From Patescibacteria group bacterium (GTDB lineage Bacteria; Patescibacteriota; Minisyncoccia; Phycocordibacterales; Phycocordibacteraceae): a DNA stretch of 64,000 nucleotides. The notes under the pieces were generated by a model, which did no database searches, had not been told where the DNA came from, and saw nothing but the letters and a program-made list of their open reading frames with translations. The stretch is from positions 3,697 through 67,696 of the forward strand of contig SCTS01000005.1 in assembly GCA_004322365.1 (NCBI GenBank). Direction: 5' to 3'. Position numbers and translations under genes: made by a program. Of this stretch, positions 1 through 8,391 are shown in pieces (within the stretch, counting starts at the first letter, position 1; the number at the start of each line of letters is the position of its first letter).

Positions 1-309
1 ATACAAGTCGCTCGTTGTTGTCGCGAATTTTAGTGCGGTTGTACTTGCGATTGTTGTACCGTTTGAGAGAAGTACCGAGCCTTGAATTCCTCGCGGTGCG
101 ACTTTAGTTGCACTGATTACTGCACTATTTGAAACATCTATATCAAGAATTGTGCCATTCAGTATGTGAGTGCTTTTTACATCTCCAATTTGCAAAAGTG
201 TGCCACCTGCAAACGAAGTTGCAGCGAAAGCCTGCACTGCTCCAATAAGTATTGCCACAGCAACCGTTACAACCACTGCCCAAGCTATATATGTTTTTGT
301 GTGCTTCAT
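1..309 (-). CDS. Partial secreted or membrane-anchored Thr/Ser/Ala-rich protein, possible viral spike or receptor-binding protein (runs off window)
   Basis: Manual translation MKHTKTYIAWAVVVTVAVAILIGAVQAFAATSFAGG... is open to position 1. N-terminal hydrophobic helix followed by short beta-type repeats. Confidence 0.6.
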   Translation of the reverse strand, partial: MKHTKTYIAWAVVVTVAVAILIGAVQAFAATSFAGGTLLQIGDVKSTHILNGTILDIDVSNSAVISATKVAPRGIQGSVLLSNGTTIASTTALKFATTTSDLY

Positions 310-310
310 A

Positions 311-823
311 TTATATTTTGAATTGATTAATAAGTTCGTGCCACGAAAAGCCAGGGTGGTATTCAAAGTGTCCGAAGTCGTCAAAGTTTCCGCCCCATTC
401 AAGACCGAGCCGTTCACCGCACACACCAACATGCGTGTAGTCGGTTTTGTCTGCCTCTCTGCCATCTTCTTTGTACACAACGAGGTCAAAAGCAAGGCCG
501 TAGTTGTGGTAACTTTGTCCACCCATTGCGTTAGTTACCTTGCTCCCTGGAATTGTTCTACCTTGTGCATAGAGTGCGTTTTGCTTTGCAAATGTGCGAA
601 AAGTTGAAACAACTTGCGCTTTCAACTTTAACTTTCCAACATCAATGAGTAGGGAATCGAGTAGAGGTTTAATATTTGGATGCAATGCAAAAACGCCCTT
701 TTCTTCGTAAAGAGCGACTTTTGCGAGATGCAGAGCAACAGAGCGTGACGGTGCTAGAGCAACATCTTGACCGATGAGCGCATCAAACATTGCCCTGTCT
801 GTTTCATTATTCATGTTATACAA
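311..823 (-). CDS. M15 family (L-Ala-D-Glu) peptidase, phage endolysin
   Basis: RTxxxQxxLYAQGRT, VTNA, SYHNYGLAFD (SxH..D), WGG and D.GHFE motifs typical of Ply500/CwlK-like M15C enzymes. Confidence 0.9.
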   Translation of the reverse strand: MYNMNNETDRAMFDALIGQDVALAPSRSVALHLAKVALYEEKGVFALHPNIKPLLDSLLIDVGKLKLKAQVVSTFRTFAKQNALYAQGRTIPGSKVTNAMGGQSYHNYGLAFDLVVYKEDGREADKTDYTHVGVCGERLGLEWGGNFDDFGHFEYHPGFSWHELINQFKI

Positions 824-992
824 TTTTTGCTTTCACACCCCCAAGACCACCAACACCCATTGCGATTGCTTGCATCACATCGGGAATGTGGGCTCCTAAA
901 TAACTCATCATGGCGAGCACTCCTGCGGTAATTGCAGCGCCAATTGCTCCCTTGCACAAATCCCAAAGTTCCTTTTTTAGTTTTGGATTCAT
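816..992 (-). CDS. Small holin-like membrane protein (58 aa)
   Basis: Two hydrophobic Gly/Ala-rich segments with basic ends; overlaps the endolysin start. Confidence 0.55.
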   Translation of the reverse strand: MNPKLKKELWDLCKGAIGAAITAGVLAMMSYLGAHIPDVMQAIAMGVGGLGGVKAKIV

Positions 993-996
993 ATAG

Positions 997-1338
997 CTAT
1001 TGAGGTGTTGTTGTCTTAGTTTCTTCACTTGGTAAGGTTGTCTCTACAACATTAACGATTTGGTCAGCAGTATCAGCAACGAGCCAGAGGTCTTGTTTGT
1101 TGTATGCTTCATCGCTTGCATCGTAGAAATTCGAACCGTCTGCTGCACCCGAGTTGAGAACAAAATCCCAAGAGTTACTGTTCGGGTCGGCAATTGGCGC
1201 AGAGCCAAACTTTCCATAGACGAGACCAGTGTTGCCTGCTGATATTGAATTAGGCAACAACTGCACTGTAATTTGATGACGATGAGAATTTGGTCTCGCC
1301 ACCTGTATTGGATTAAGTCCTACTGCGATACGAGCCAT
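997..1338 (-). CDS. Small beta-rich virion protein (possible single jelly-roll minor capsid or penton)
   Basis: 113 aa with alternating beta-strand patterns, located downstream of the capsid-like gene. Confidence 0.4.
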   Translation of the reverse strand: MARIAVGLNPIQVARPNSHRHQITVQLLPNSISAGNTGLVYGKFGSAPIADPNSNSWDFVLNSGAADGSNFYDASDEAYNKQDLWLVADTADQIVNVVETTLPSEETKTTTPQ

Positions 1339-1340
1339 GA

Positions 1341-1526
1341 TTATTCACCACGAAGCTCTACAGCTTTTAAGTTACGAACTGCGCCATTCTCCATTCTCAC
1401 GCGATAGAATGTGTGGTCACCGTCTGAGGGTTTTTCTACAAACTCAGAGGATACAACAACGCCTTTACCGTAGTTTTTAGTGACAACACGGTCACCAGCA
1501 GAGAATTCTTTTGTATTGATTGCCAT
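1341..1526 (-). CDS. Small SH3/KOW-like protein
   Basis: FSAGDRVVTKNYGKGVV...YRVRMENG pattern; 61 aa. Confidence 0.55.
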   Translation of the reverse strand: MAINTKEFSAGDRVVTKNYGKGVVVSSEFVEKPSDGDHTFYRVRMENGAVRNLKAVELRGE

Positions 1527-1562
1527 AAATTTAGAAGAAATTAATGTTTTGTAAGCTACTAA

Positions 1563-2426
1563 CTACGCAATTTCAAGGATAGGAATGACTACAATTGCAT
1601 CAGAGACATCCTGCACATCAAATGCAATTGAAAGCTCATTGGTTTTTGCATCAATTCCATTCTCACCAAGCTCAAAGACTCGGAATGGTCGCAAAAGGTC
1701 TGCGAGAGGCGATGGAGTAACATAGTCCATGTTGTCAATGAGGGTCTTTGCGTCGGTCAAATCATTCCACGAGGCTATTTCTTGACCACCTGAAAGGAGC
1801 TTCAAGCGTTGTACGGAAGTATCAATGTTGCCGTCGGCAAATCCGTTTGGCACTTTGATCATAATTGCTTTGAGTGTTCCTACTGACGGAATACGAGGTT
1901 GGAACTGTTCGATACCTGCAGTACCAGCAGTTGTGTGTGGAATACGCACAGCATGAATTGGTTTCTTGCCGTCTGGTTCAACATCTGAGTATGCGGTTAG
2001 AGAAAGCGTTTCCGTTGCAATATTTGTCTGTGCAGCACGGTCGAGTTGATACAAGAACTGTGCGTTCTGGTCGAATTTGTCATTAATTGGAATTTTGATA
2101 TTGCCGAGGAAATTGTTTCCTGTAGCATCGGTATTTTCACCAATTGCAGGTGTTTCGCCATAAAGGAAAACAGAGAGGGCGACGAGCTCATCACCAAACA
2201 AAACAATGCGATTGTCTGCACCCTTGCGGAGCACAAGACCCGAAAGCAATAGAGCAAATGTTTCAATCGCAACCGCAGCAGTTGAAACTGCACCTTTAAG
2301 GGATAGCTTCAAGTAATTGAGGGTAGTGCCGAGTACAGGAATTGCTTTCTGATTGATGGAAGCTGTAAACACCGCACCTGGCGTTGCTGAACCGTCTGCT
2401 GCATCTTCAACTTTAAATATTCTCAT
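1563..2426 (-). CDS. Putative double-jelly-roll major capsid protein
   Basis: 287 aa, beta-rich, with two internally similar halves (IPVLGTTLNYLKLSL..LVLRKG..GDEL and IPSVGTLKAIMIKV..LKLLSGGQEI..NDL). Size and strand/helix pattern fit PM2/STIV-like MCPs. Recognised by eye only. Confidence 0.65.
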   Translation of the reverse strand: MRIFKVEDAADGSATPGAVFTASINQKAIPVLGTTLNYLKLSLKGAVSTAAVAIETFALLLSGLVLRKGADNRIVLFGDELVALSVFLYGETPAIGENTDATGNNFLGNIKIPINDKFDQNAQFLYQLDRAAQTNIATETLSLTAYSDVEPDGKKPIHAVRIPHTTAGTAGIEQFQPRIPSVGTLKAIMIKVPNGFADGNIDTSVQRLKLLSGGQEIASWNDLTDAKTLIDNMDYVTPSPLADLLRPFRVFELGENGIDAKTNELSIAFDVQDVSDAIVVIPILEIA

Positions 2427-2481
2427 AGTGTCTTTTTAGAATTTAATGATTTGAATAAGAGGGTAGGGGAGTAGAAACGAG

Positions 2482-2904
2482 TTATTTGCTCGAGCCAACT
2501 TTCAAGTCACGGAGAGCCTTACCAACGGCCTTTGATCGTGCGAAATTTGCTTCTGAACCTTTCACACCGCGTGGAAGTGAGCGAGCTGCTTGTCGTGCAC
2601 CGTCGTACCTACCTGATTCTGTGGCGTACTTATCTGCACTTGCACGAGCACCTTCGCCGAAACGAACCGCACCCTTATCTTCAACGCCCTTTAACCAGCC
2701 AACCTTGCCTGACTTCTGCAAACCTTTTTCGTATGAGCCACGAGTAAAACTTTCAGCCAAAGCTGTTCTGTAAACATCTTTTGCAGCAATTGCTGCAGCC
2801 GACTGATCTTTATCAGTTGTCTTTGCACCCTCTACATACTCACCAGTTGCATTTGCTGCGCGTTCTGCAAACTTTGTTGAAACCTGTTGTGCTGTTTTTG
2901 CCAT
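2482..2904 (-). CDS. Basic alpha-helical DNA-binding or nucleocapsid-like protein
   Basis: 140 aa, Ala/Lys/Arg-rich and helical, with C-terminal LPRGxKGSxxNxxR. Lies directly upstream of the MCP candidate. Confidence 0.5.
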   Translation of the reverse strand: MAKTAQQVSTKFAERAANATGEYVEGAKTTDKDQSAAAIAAKDVYRTALAESFTRGSYEKGLQKSGKVGWLKGVEDKGAVRFGEGARASADKYATESGRYDGARQAARSLPRGVKGSEANFARSKAVGKALRDLKVGSSK

Positions 2905-3542
2905 ATATATTTTCTAAATAATTAATTGAGCTAATTAATTGCAAGCCCTGGGCGACGGTTGGCTCTGCGCGTAGTTGATGTAAAGAGTTTTTACTACACC
3001 AACCACCGCCCGCGACTTACAATTTTTTTCTAGTGCTATTTAATAATAATTTTTAAGTCGAGCGAAGCGCTGACTTCGGAGTTTAGGAAGGGGTTCCAAG
3101 GGGAAACCAACAACTTTTTAATAAGTTGCCTCCTATAGACCCGATATCTCTATGGTTCTTCGGCGATAGAAAGTTTATGCGGGGAACTCAGAGCTTTCTT
3201 TCGCCCCTCGGGTTCCTTGTGTTCAAGGGTTCCGATTCGAAAGAGAGATACTTTCCCCGGGAGTTTTCTTTCCCGTCGCACGATATAACTACGCGCAGTA
3301 TTTGAGAGCTAGTTTTAAAAAGACTGGAGTTGTTTACACTTTTCACAACGGCCACTTTTGCGAACGCGAAGCACTGAAGCGCTTCGGTGTCAGGCTGAGA
3401 AAGGCTTTCCCAAAAGAAAGCCGTGCCTGATACTTCGTAAAAGATATATTGTGCGAAGTACTCCTAATCCTATTCCCTATACAGTACTCAACAATAAAGG
3501 ATCTGCGGATTAACAGATTGTGATTCCCTTGCGACAAAAAAC

Positions 3543-3680
3543 TTAGGTATCGCTTTTTTTATTTACTACTTTCTTCTTTGTAGGAGTTAACTCTGAAAGA
3601 GCTCGGGCCATTTGACTTACCCTGCTTTCTAAGGACCGCACCCGATCTTTTAGGAGTCTGATTTCAACTGATTCAGGCAT
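3543..3680 (-). CDS. Small coiled-coil protein (45 aa)
   Basis: Manual ORF MPESVEIRLLKDRVRSLESRVSQMARALSELTPTKKK...; heptad pattern. Confidence 0.4.
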   Translation of the reverse strand: MPESVEIRLLKDRVRSLESRVSQMARALSELTPTKKKVVNKKSDT

Positions 3681-3709
3681 AGTAAGTATTTTGTTCTTTG
3701 ACTGTAGCT

Positions 3710-3895
3710 TTACTCATCACCCAAAAGCCTTAGGGTTGCAAGGCGATCTTTATTCTTTTTGTGAATTTCCTTTTGATGGCGATTACGACTAGCACCACCC
3801 ACAGGAAGTCTTCCATTTCTTTTTTTAGTTCGCGCACCTTCAAAAACCCTACCGGCCTTCGAAAAAGATTCTTTATCAAAACTTCCTTGCCCCAT
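3710..3895 (-). CDS. Small basic hypothetical protein
   Basis: ATG lies just downstream of a TTGACA-N16-TAGGAT promoter; 61 aa, Lys/Arg-rich. Confidence 0.4.
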   Translation of the reverse strand: MGQGSFDKESFSKAGRVFEGARTKKRNGRLPVGGASRNRHQKEIHKKNKDRLATLRLLGDE

Positions 3896-3904
3896 ATGAT
3901 TTTT

Positions 3905-3932
3905 ATCCTACTAACATTTAAAACAATGTCAA
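3905..3932 (-). promoter_or_regulatory. Sigma70-type promoter driving proviral minus-strand genes
   Basis: TTGACA-N16-TAGGAT on the minus strand. Confidence 0.5.
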
Positions 3933-4146
3933 TAATACACAGATTCTGGGACTGAAAACACTTTACTGAATTCCTTACTTATGACAACATTAAGAATGAT
4001 AGAAAATGATATAAGTCACTGGCTCAACTTGGCATTTTTTGCCATAGTCATACTCGCCTTCTTGAAGGATAGTAATAGTTAATTTTAATTTCGGTAACTC
4101 GAGCGCTCTTTTGCTATACTGCGTCTTATTCGTAACAATTACCGCT

Positions 4147-4434
4147 ATGCCACAAGAATTTGATTTTAACTCTGTCCCTTCAAAGCTTTTCGTCGATACC
4201 GTTAATGTTCGAGTTATCAATGGGCTCCTGCACCTTGCGGTAGAGTCAGGTCAAGCAACTTCATGCTTCTTACTTCCCTTGCCTGCTGCAAAAATGATCG
4301 CGAAAGCAATCACTAAACAAGTCGAGGAAATAGAAGAGAAAAACAACATCAAGTTTGATGATCGTCTTTCCAATGAGCCAGTCTTGAGCCCTTGGACCTC
4401 AGGGTCTAATGAAAATCCTGAGCAAAAGAAGTAG
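4147..4434 (+). CDS. Small hypothetical protein (DUF3467-like)
   Basis: MPQEFDF...; beta strands followed by a PxxAKxIxxAIxxQVEEIEEK helix. Confidence 0.55.
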   Translation: MPQEFDFNSVPSKLFVDTVNVRVINGLLHLAVESGQATSCFLLPLPAAKMIAKAITKQVEEIEEKNNIKFDDRLSNEPVLSPWTSGSNENPEQKK

Positions 4435-4506
4435 CAGAAGAGTGGTCAGCGCACTCGAAGCTCAGCTGTTATACTAGAATCATCTTATTATTTTAGTTTT
4501 TTGAGT

Positions 4507-4908
4507 ATGGATAAATACGCATCCGCTTTAGCACTTGTTGGTCGCCTCGCTCTTGCAGGCATCTTTGTAATCTTTGGTTTTACTAAAATTTCTGGCTTTG
4601 CCGGTATGGTTGCCTACGCAGGCTCTGTTGGGGTTCCCTTCCCTGAACTTGCAATCGCTCTAGCAATTGTTGTGGAGCTTCTGGGTGGAATCATGCTTGT
4701 CATAGGATTCAAAACAAAGTGGGTCGCTCTCGCTATTGCACTTTTTCTCGTTCCGGTTACCTATTACTTCCACACTGACTTCACCAATCCAGTGAACATG
4801 ATAATGCTCTGGAAGAATGTCTCAATTATAGGAGGCATGCTTGTCCTTGCTGCACACGGCGCGGGCAAGTACAGTTTGGATAGCATGCTCGCAAAAAAGA
4901 GCTACTAA
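4507..4908 (+). CDS. DoxX family membrane protein
   Basis: GRLxLAxIF..G..KI, ELxGG..L..G..T, H.DF and KNVSIIGG motifs; 4 TM. Confidence 0.9.
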   Translation: MDKYASALALVGRLALAGIFVIFGFTKISGFAGMVAYAGSVGVPFPELAIALAIVVELLGGIMLVIGFKTKWVALAIALFLVPVTYYFHTDFTNPVNMIMLWKNVSIIGGMLVLAAHGAGKYSLDSMLAKKSY

Positions 4909-4918
4909 ATACCAATAC

Positions 4919-4948
4919 AAAAAACCTCCCCATGTGGGGAGGTTTTTT
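4919..4948. terminator. Bidirectional intrinsic terminator
   Basis: AAAAAACCTCCC-CATGT-GGGAGGTTTTTT between convergent genes. Confidence 0.8.
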
Positions 4949-4953
4949 GTTAT

Positions 4954-5904
4954 CTATCCTATAGCCTCTCCCTTCTTAGTTGGCTCCGAAGAAAATGAAA
5001 CTCCAAATTTCTTCTCTAATGCATCTTGATATCTAGAAGAACGAGCAGGCCTCAAGAGCTCTCGGAAGTAGTACTGTACCGCCGCATCGCTCACGATTTC
5101 TTTCATCGATACTTCTCGTCCTTGGGACGAAAGTTCTTGCTTGAAGATTATATCCAATCCCTGAAGAGCAAGAGCGAATGCTTGTTCGAGTGAAATCGGC
5201 TCTTCTGCTTCACGATGTTCTCGTATCTGCACGAAGAGTGCTTGTATTCCCTGAAAAACACGAGGATGTTCAATAATCACTTTAACTTCGTTAATGGGAA
5301 TAGCACCACCAATTGAGCCGGTCGAATCTAGATTTGCAAAGGTATTGATACCTATGACTTCATCTTTTGCATTAAGCATCACTCCACCCGAGCTACCTGA
5401 GCGTATGTCAGCATCTGTTCTGAAGGCGAATTGTTCGTGGCCATCAGGAACCGAAGTAACAGTCCCTTGAGAAAAACTTCCTCCTACACCAAGAGGATTG
5501 CCAGCAATTGTAATTGTTGCTCCTCTCCGCACCTTATCTGAATCTCCAATAACAAGTGGTTCGTGCTTAGTTCCCGCTACTTTTAAGAGGGCGAAATCAC
5601 GAACAGGATCGATATAAAAAATCTCTGCTGTTAACTTTTTCTTTGAATCCAATTGCACCACCAAAGCCTCATCTTGACTACCACCTGAAACAACATGTCT
5701 ATTGGTAACAATAAGGCCGTCCTTTGACACAAAGAAACCACTTCCTTCAGCTGTTGGAGCCCAATGAGACTCTTGTGCTCGCTCAGGGCTCTTCGGGTCT
5801 ATCGACCCCGTAACTTCCTTAAAGACTTTCACACTGACTACCGAGGGTGCAACACGCTCGACGGTACGCTCTAATGGAGTTTTTTCTGTATATGCTTCAA
5901 TCAT
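4954..5904 (-). CDS. Trypsin-like (S1C, HtrA/DegP-like) serine protease lacking PDZ and signal peptide
   Basis: GSGF, TNRHVV (His), DFALL (Asp) and SGSSGG (Ser); helical C-terminal extension. Confidence 0.85.
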   Translation of the reverse strand: MIEAYTEKTPLERTVERVAPSVVSVKVFKEVTGSIDPKSPERAQESHWAPTAEGSGFFVSKDGLIVTNRHVVSGGSQDEALVVQLDSKKKLTAEIFYIDPVRDFALLKVAGTKHEPLVIGDSDKVRRGATITIAGNPLGVGGSFSQGTVTSVPDGHEQFAFRTDADIRSGSSGGVMLNAKDEVIGINTFANLDSTGSIGGAIPINEVKVIIEHPRVFQGIQALFVQIREHREAEEPISLEQAFALALQGLDIIFKQELSSQGREVSMKEIVSDAAVQYYFRELLRPARSSRYQDALEKKFGVSFSSEPTKKGEAIG

Positions 5905-5939
5905 AATTCTTTGTATTGTACCTCATATATATCTATATG

Positions 5940-5968
5940 TCAATACCCGCCTAAGGGCGGGTATTGAG
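5940..5968. terminator. Hairpin, probable terminator
   Basis: TCAATACCCGCC...GGCGGGTATTGA downstream of 5992..6423. Confidence 0.6.
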
Positions 5969-5991
5969 TAGTTAATCTGTATTGAAAAACT

Positions 5992-6423
5992 TTATTTTTG
6001 AGCCAGTGTAGCTCCTTCTGTCGATTTCTTTGAGAGAGGTCCCCAACAAGCTTTAGAAGACGCCCAAGGCTTTGTGCCCTCTTTCTCATATAAACGCTTA
6101 GCGTAGGCAAGGTTACCGTCAAGGGTGTGCAGGTCGAGATTCATAGCCTCTGCTTGCTCTTCGTGATACTTGGTATTAATTTGCATCACACCTATATCCT
6201 TAGGGTTGACGACACCGCGCAATATATCGCCCTCTTTATCGACATGACGAATTCTGGACTCACACCATGCTATATCGGCCAAAATAGGCGTATCAGCGTA
6301 ATATTGTTTTACATACTGCCCTAAGGTCTCTACCTTTGGACCTTGTGGATTTGTGGTCGTAGAAAGCGCCGTAGGCGTAGACATAGCAACGCTGGCTAGC
6401 AATAGCATGATTGGTAAGAACAT
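5992..6423 (-). CDS. Secreted lysozyme-like / lytic transglycosylase domain protein
   Basis: Signal peptide, IAxCES (catalytic Glu), DIGVMQIN and G..PW motifs. Confidence 0.8.
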   Translation of the reverse strand: MFLPIMLLLASVAMSTPTALSTTTNPQGPKVETLGQYVKQYYADTPILADIAWCESRIRHVDKEGDILRGVVNPKDIGVMQINTKYHEEQAEAMNLDLHTLDGNLAYAKRLYEKEGTKPWASSKACWGPLSKKSTEGATLAQK

Positions 6424-6689
6424 AAAATTTAATGATTTTGGCCCATAAGGGCCGTTAGTGCTGGTGTACGACTGCTTTGAGTTCCCCTTCCTAATAATCG
6501 ATGATCGGGGTACTAAAAAAGCCGGCCCGAAAGCCGACTACCTCATTACGTTAGCACTGGCTACTTTTGGTGTCAAGGCTTGCGGAACCCAAAATCACCT
6601 TTATACGGCTCTATAAAGCCGTATAAATGGAAAATGGAAAATAGGGTTTTTAGGTCTTTTTGATCTTTAAAAAGCTTCCCCGCCTAAAC

Positions 6690-6728
6690 GCTAAATGATC
6701 CCTGCGGATCCGATGAGGCATCGCCTAG
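6690..6728 (-). repeat. Double-hairpin REP-like element, copy 1 of 4
   Basis: Minus strand CTAGG-CGATG CCT CATCG-GATCC GCAG GGATC-ATTTAGC; other copies at 12154, 13733 and 53326. Confidence 0.85.
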
Positions 6729-6737
6729 CCCCTGCTC

Positions 6738-7463
6738 TTAGCATTTAACGAGGGTCAAAATTGCCTGATGAGCCTCCTCAGGAGTGTCGACGACAACAAA
6801 AAGGTCTAAATCCTCCTTATTGATGGTCTTATATTTAAGAAGAAGGTGGTCTTTAAAGAAAGCGATAAGTGGTGTCCAGTATTCCTTATTGTAGAGAATG
6901 ATAGGAATCCTTTTAATTTTATTAGTCTGAACTAGGGTCAAAATTTCAAATAGCTCATCCATAGTTCCAAAACCTCCTGGGAAGTAGATATAGACCTCTG
7001 AGGCAAAGGAAAGCATCACTTTCCGAGTGAAGAAGTAGTTAAATGTGGCAGTTTCCGTAAGGTATGGATTTGGCTTCTGCTCCATAGGGAGATTAATATT
7101 TATTCCTACAGATTGCCCACCAGTTTCAAACGCCCCCTTACTTGCAGCCTCCATTACACCGTTCCCCCCTCCAGTAATGACTACAAAGCCAGATTGAGCC
7201 AGCTTACCTGCAAGCAAAGTTGCATCCTCATATATCTTTGGATCCATATGAGAACGCGCCGAACCAAAGAAAGTGGCTGCGAGACGATACTTACGGAGCA
7301 TGGAGAACCCATCAATCAACTCACCCATTATCTTGAATATGCGCCACGACTCCATGTCCTTAGTGTGGTCGGTCTTTTCAGGATCACAGACGCGAAGATC
7401 ACCTTCCATGCGGTGCTCGCTTGGCGGATTTACTATTCTATATTTTCGTTGTGGATCAGGCAT
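6738..7463 (-). CDS. LOG family protein (TIGR00730 Rossmann fold)
   Basis: FGSAR, ITGGG.GVMEA, FFTRK and PGGFGTMDELFE motifs. Confidence 0.92.
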   Translation of the reverse strand: MPDPQRKYRIVNPPSEHRMEGDLRVCDPEKTDHTKDMESWRIFKIMGELIDGFSMLRKYRLAATFFGSARSHMDPKIYEDATLLAGKLAQSGFVVITGGGNGVMEAASKGAFETGGQSVGININLPMEQKPNPYLTETATFNYFFTRKVMLSFASEVYIYFPGGFGTMDELFEILTLVQTNKIKRIPIILYNKEYWTPLIAFFKDHLLLKYKTINKEDLDLFVVVDTPEEAHQAILTLVKC

Positions 7464-7539
7464 GGTTAGAGTGTAACATTTGAAACTACGAGGTTATAGC
7501 TTTCAGGTGCCAGGTTCCAGCTTTTAAGATGGGGAGAAA

Positions 7540-8139
7540 TTAGTGCGAAAGCCAAGGGATTGGAAAAGGAGAGAACTCTGGAAGAAGAGGCTTGCCATAG
7601 AGGAGTCGTGAAGCAACTTCAGCATGTGAAAGAGCGCCGGTAAGAGCCTTATGAGGTTTTGGCTCTTCTGGGATGCCGACATACTTGAGTGCAACATCGA
7701 GAGTAAGCTTGGTGTGATGTTTTTCTTCATCAAACGGAGGAGTAATGCCTCGCTCCACCATGTGCATGTAGGTGAGAGTATGGGTATCGAGTGTGCGGTG
7801 TGCAAACGGAAAATTAATACCCCCTCTCTCGCAAGCGGCAATCAAGAAATCTCTATCAAAAGATGGGTTTTGTCCTACAAAAGTTCGATCATGTACAGTA
7901 AGTGTCCATGAAATAAAATCTTGCACGAGCTCTATTTCGCTTTTCTTTGAAAGATCAATGGCTTGTGCGTGTGAAAAACCATTAACCCCAAGTGCCTCTT
8001 CATTAATATGAGCTCCGTCCCATACCCTACACTCGCCATAAAAACGATTCGTAGGAGTAGCAACATCAACTCCCCCAATTGAGAGTATTGAATTCTTATG
8101 AGACTCTGTGCCTGAGCATTCGATATCTAGAGCAATCAT
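7540..8139 (-). CDS. DEDDh 3'-5' exonuclease
   Basis: DIE (ExoI), GQNPSFD (ExoII), HRTLDT, and HxAL (ExoIII region, Asp apparently replaced by Gly). Confidence 0.8.
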   Translation of the reverse strand: MIALDIECSGTESHKNSILSIGGVDVATPTNRFYGECRVWDGAHINEEALGVNGFSHAQAIDLSKKSEIELVQDFISWTLTVHDRTFVGQNPSFDRDFLIAACERGGINFPFAHRTLDTHTLTYMHMVERGITPPFDEEKHHTKLTLDVALKYVGIPEEPKPHKALTGALSHAEVASRLLYGKPLLPEFSPFPIPWLSH

Positions 8140-8149
8140 CTTACTAGGG

Positions 8150-8228
8150 TACAGGTTCTAGGTTCTAGGTGCCAGCTTTTTATGAACTAAAACTATGCCT
8201 TAAACCTAGAAGCTAGCACCTAGAACCT
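8150..8228. repeat. Heptamer tandem-repeat array in inverted arrangement
   Basis: AGGTTCT/AGGTGCC units followed by ACCTAGA/AGCTAGC units. Confidence 0.8.
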
Positions 8229-8274
8229 TCTAAAAATCACCCCGTGCATCTCTCATGCTCTCAGGCATTTTCAC

Positions 8275-8316
8275 CTGTATAGTTTAATCTAACGATCGTT
8301 AAATTAAACTATACAG
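8275..8316. repeat. 42-bp palindrome, copy 1 of 4
   Basis: CTGTATAGTTTAATCTAACGA|TCGTTAAATTAAACTATACAG. Confidence 0.9.
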
Positions 8317-8391
8317 TTCTTTTTTCATCTTTATGTGTTTATTTGATTTGAAAAGCTAAAACCTAACACCTAGAACCTAGCCCCTTCCCCG

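Larger units (their letters stand above)
1..4434 (-). mobile_element. Probable integrated tailless (double-jelly-roll) provirus, right-hand part; boundaries uncertain and it continues left of the window
   Basis: Tightly packed co-oriented minus-strand module: basic protein, capsid-like protein, small beta proteins, holin-like gene, M15 endolysin and a spike-like gene. No integrase or att site is visible in the window. Confidence 0.7.

Noticed and set aside
170-607. 145-aa plus-strand ORF
   Set aside because: Antisense shadow of the endolysin and spike-like genes; no motif.
3343-3537. 64-aa TTG-start ORF in the proviral non-coding region
   Set aside because: Weak start, overlaps dense hairpins, no protein-like features.
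4432-4470. GTAGCAGAAGAGTGGTCAGCGCACTCG as a tRNA fragment or proviral att site
   Set aside because: Only loosely D-arm-like; no cloverleaf and no second copy in the window.
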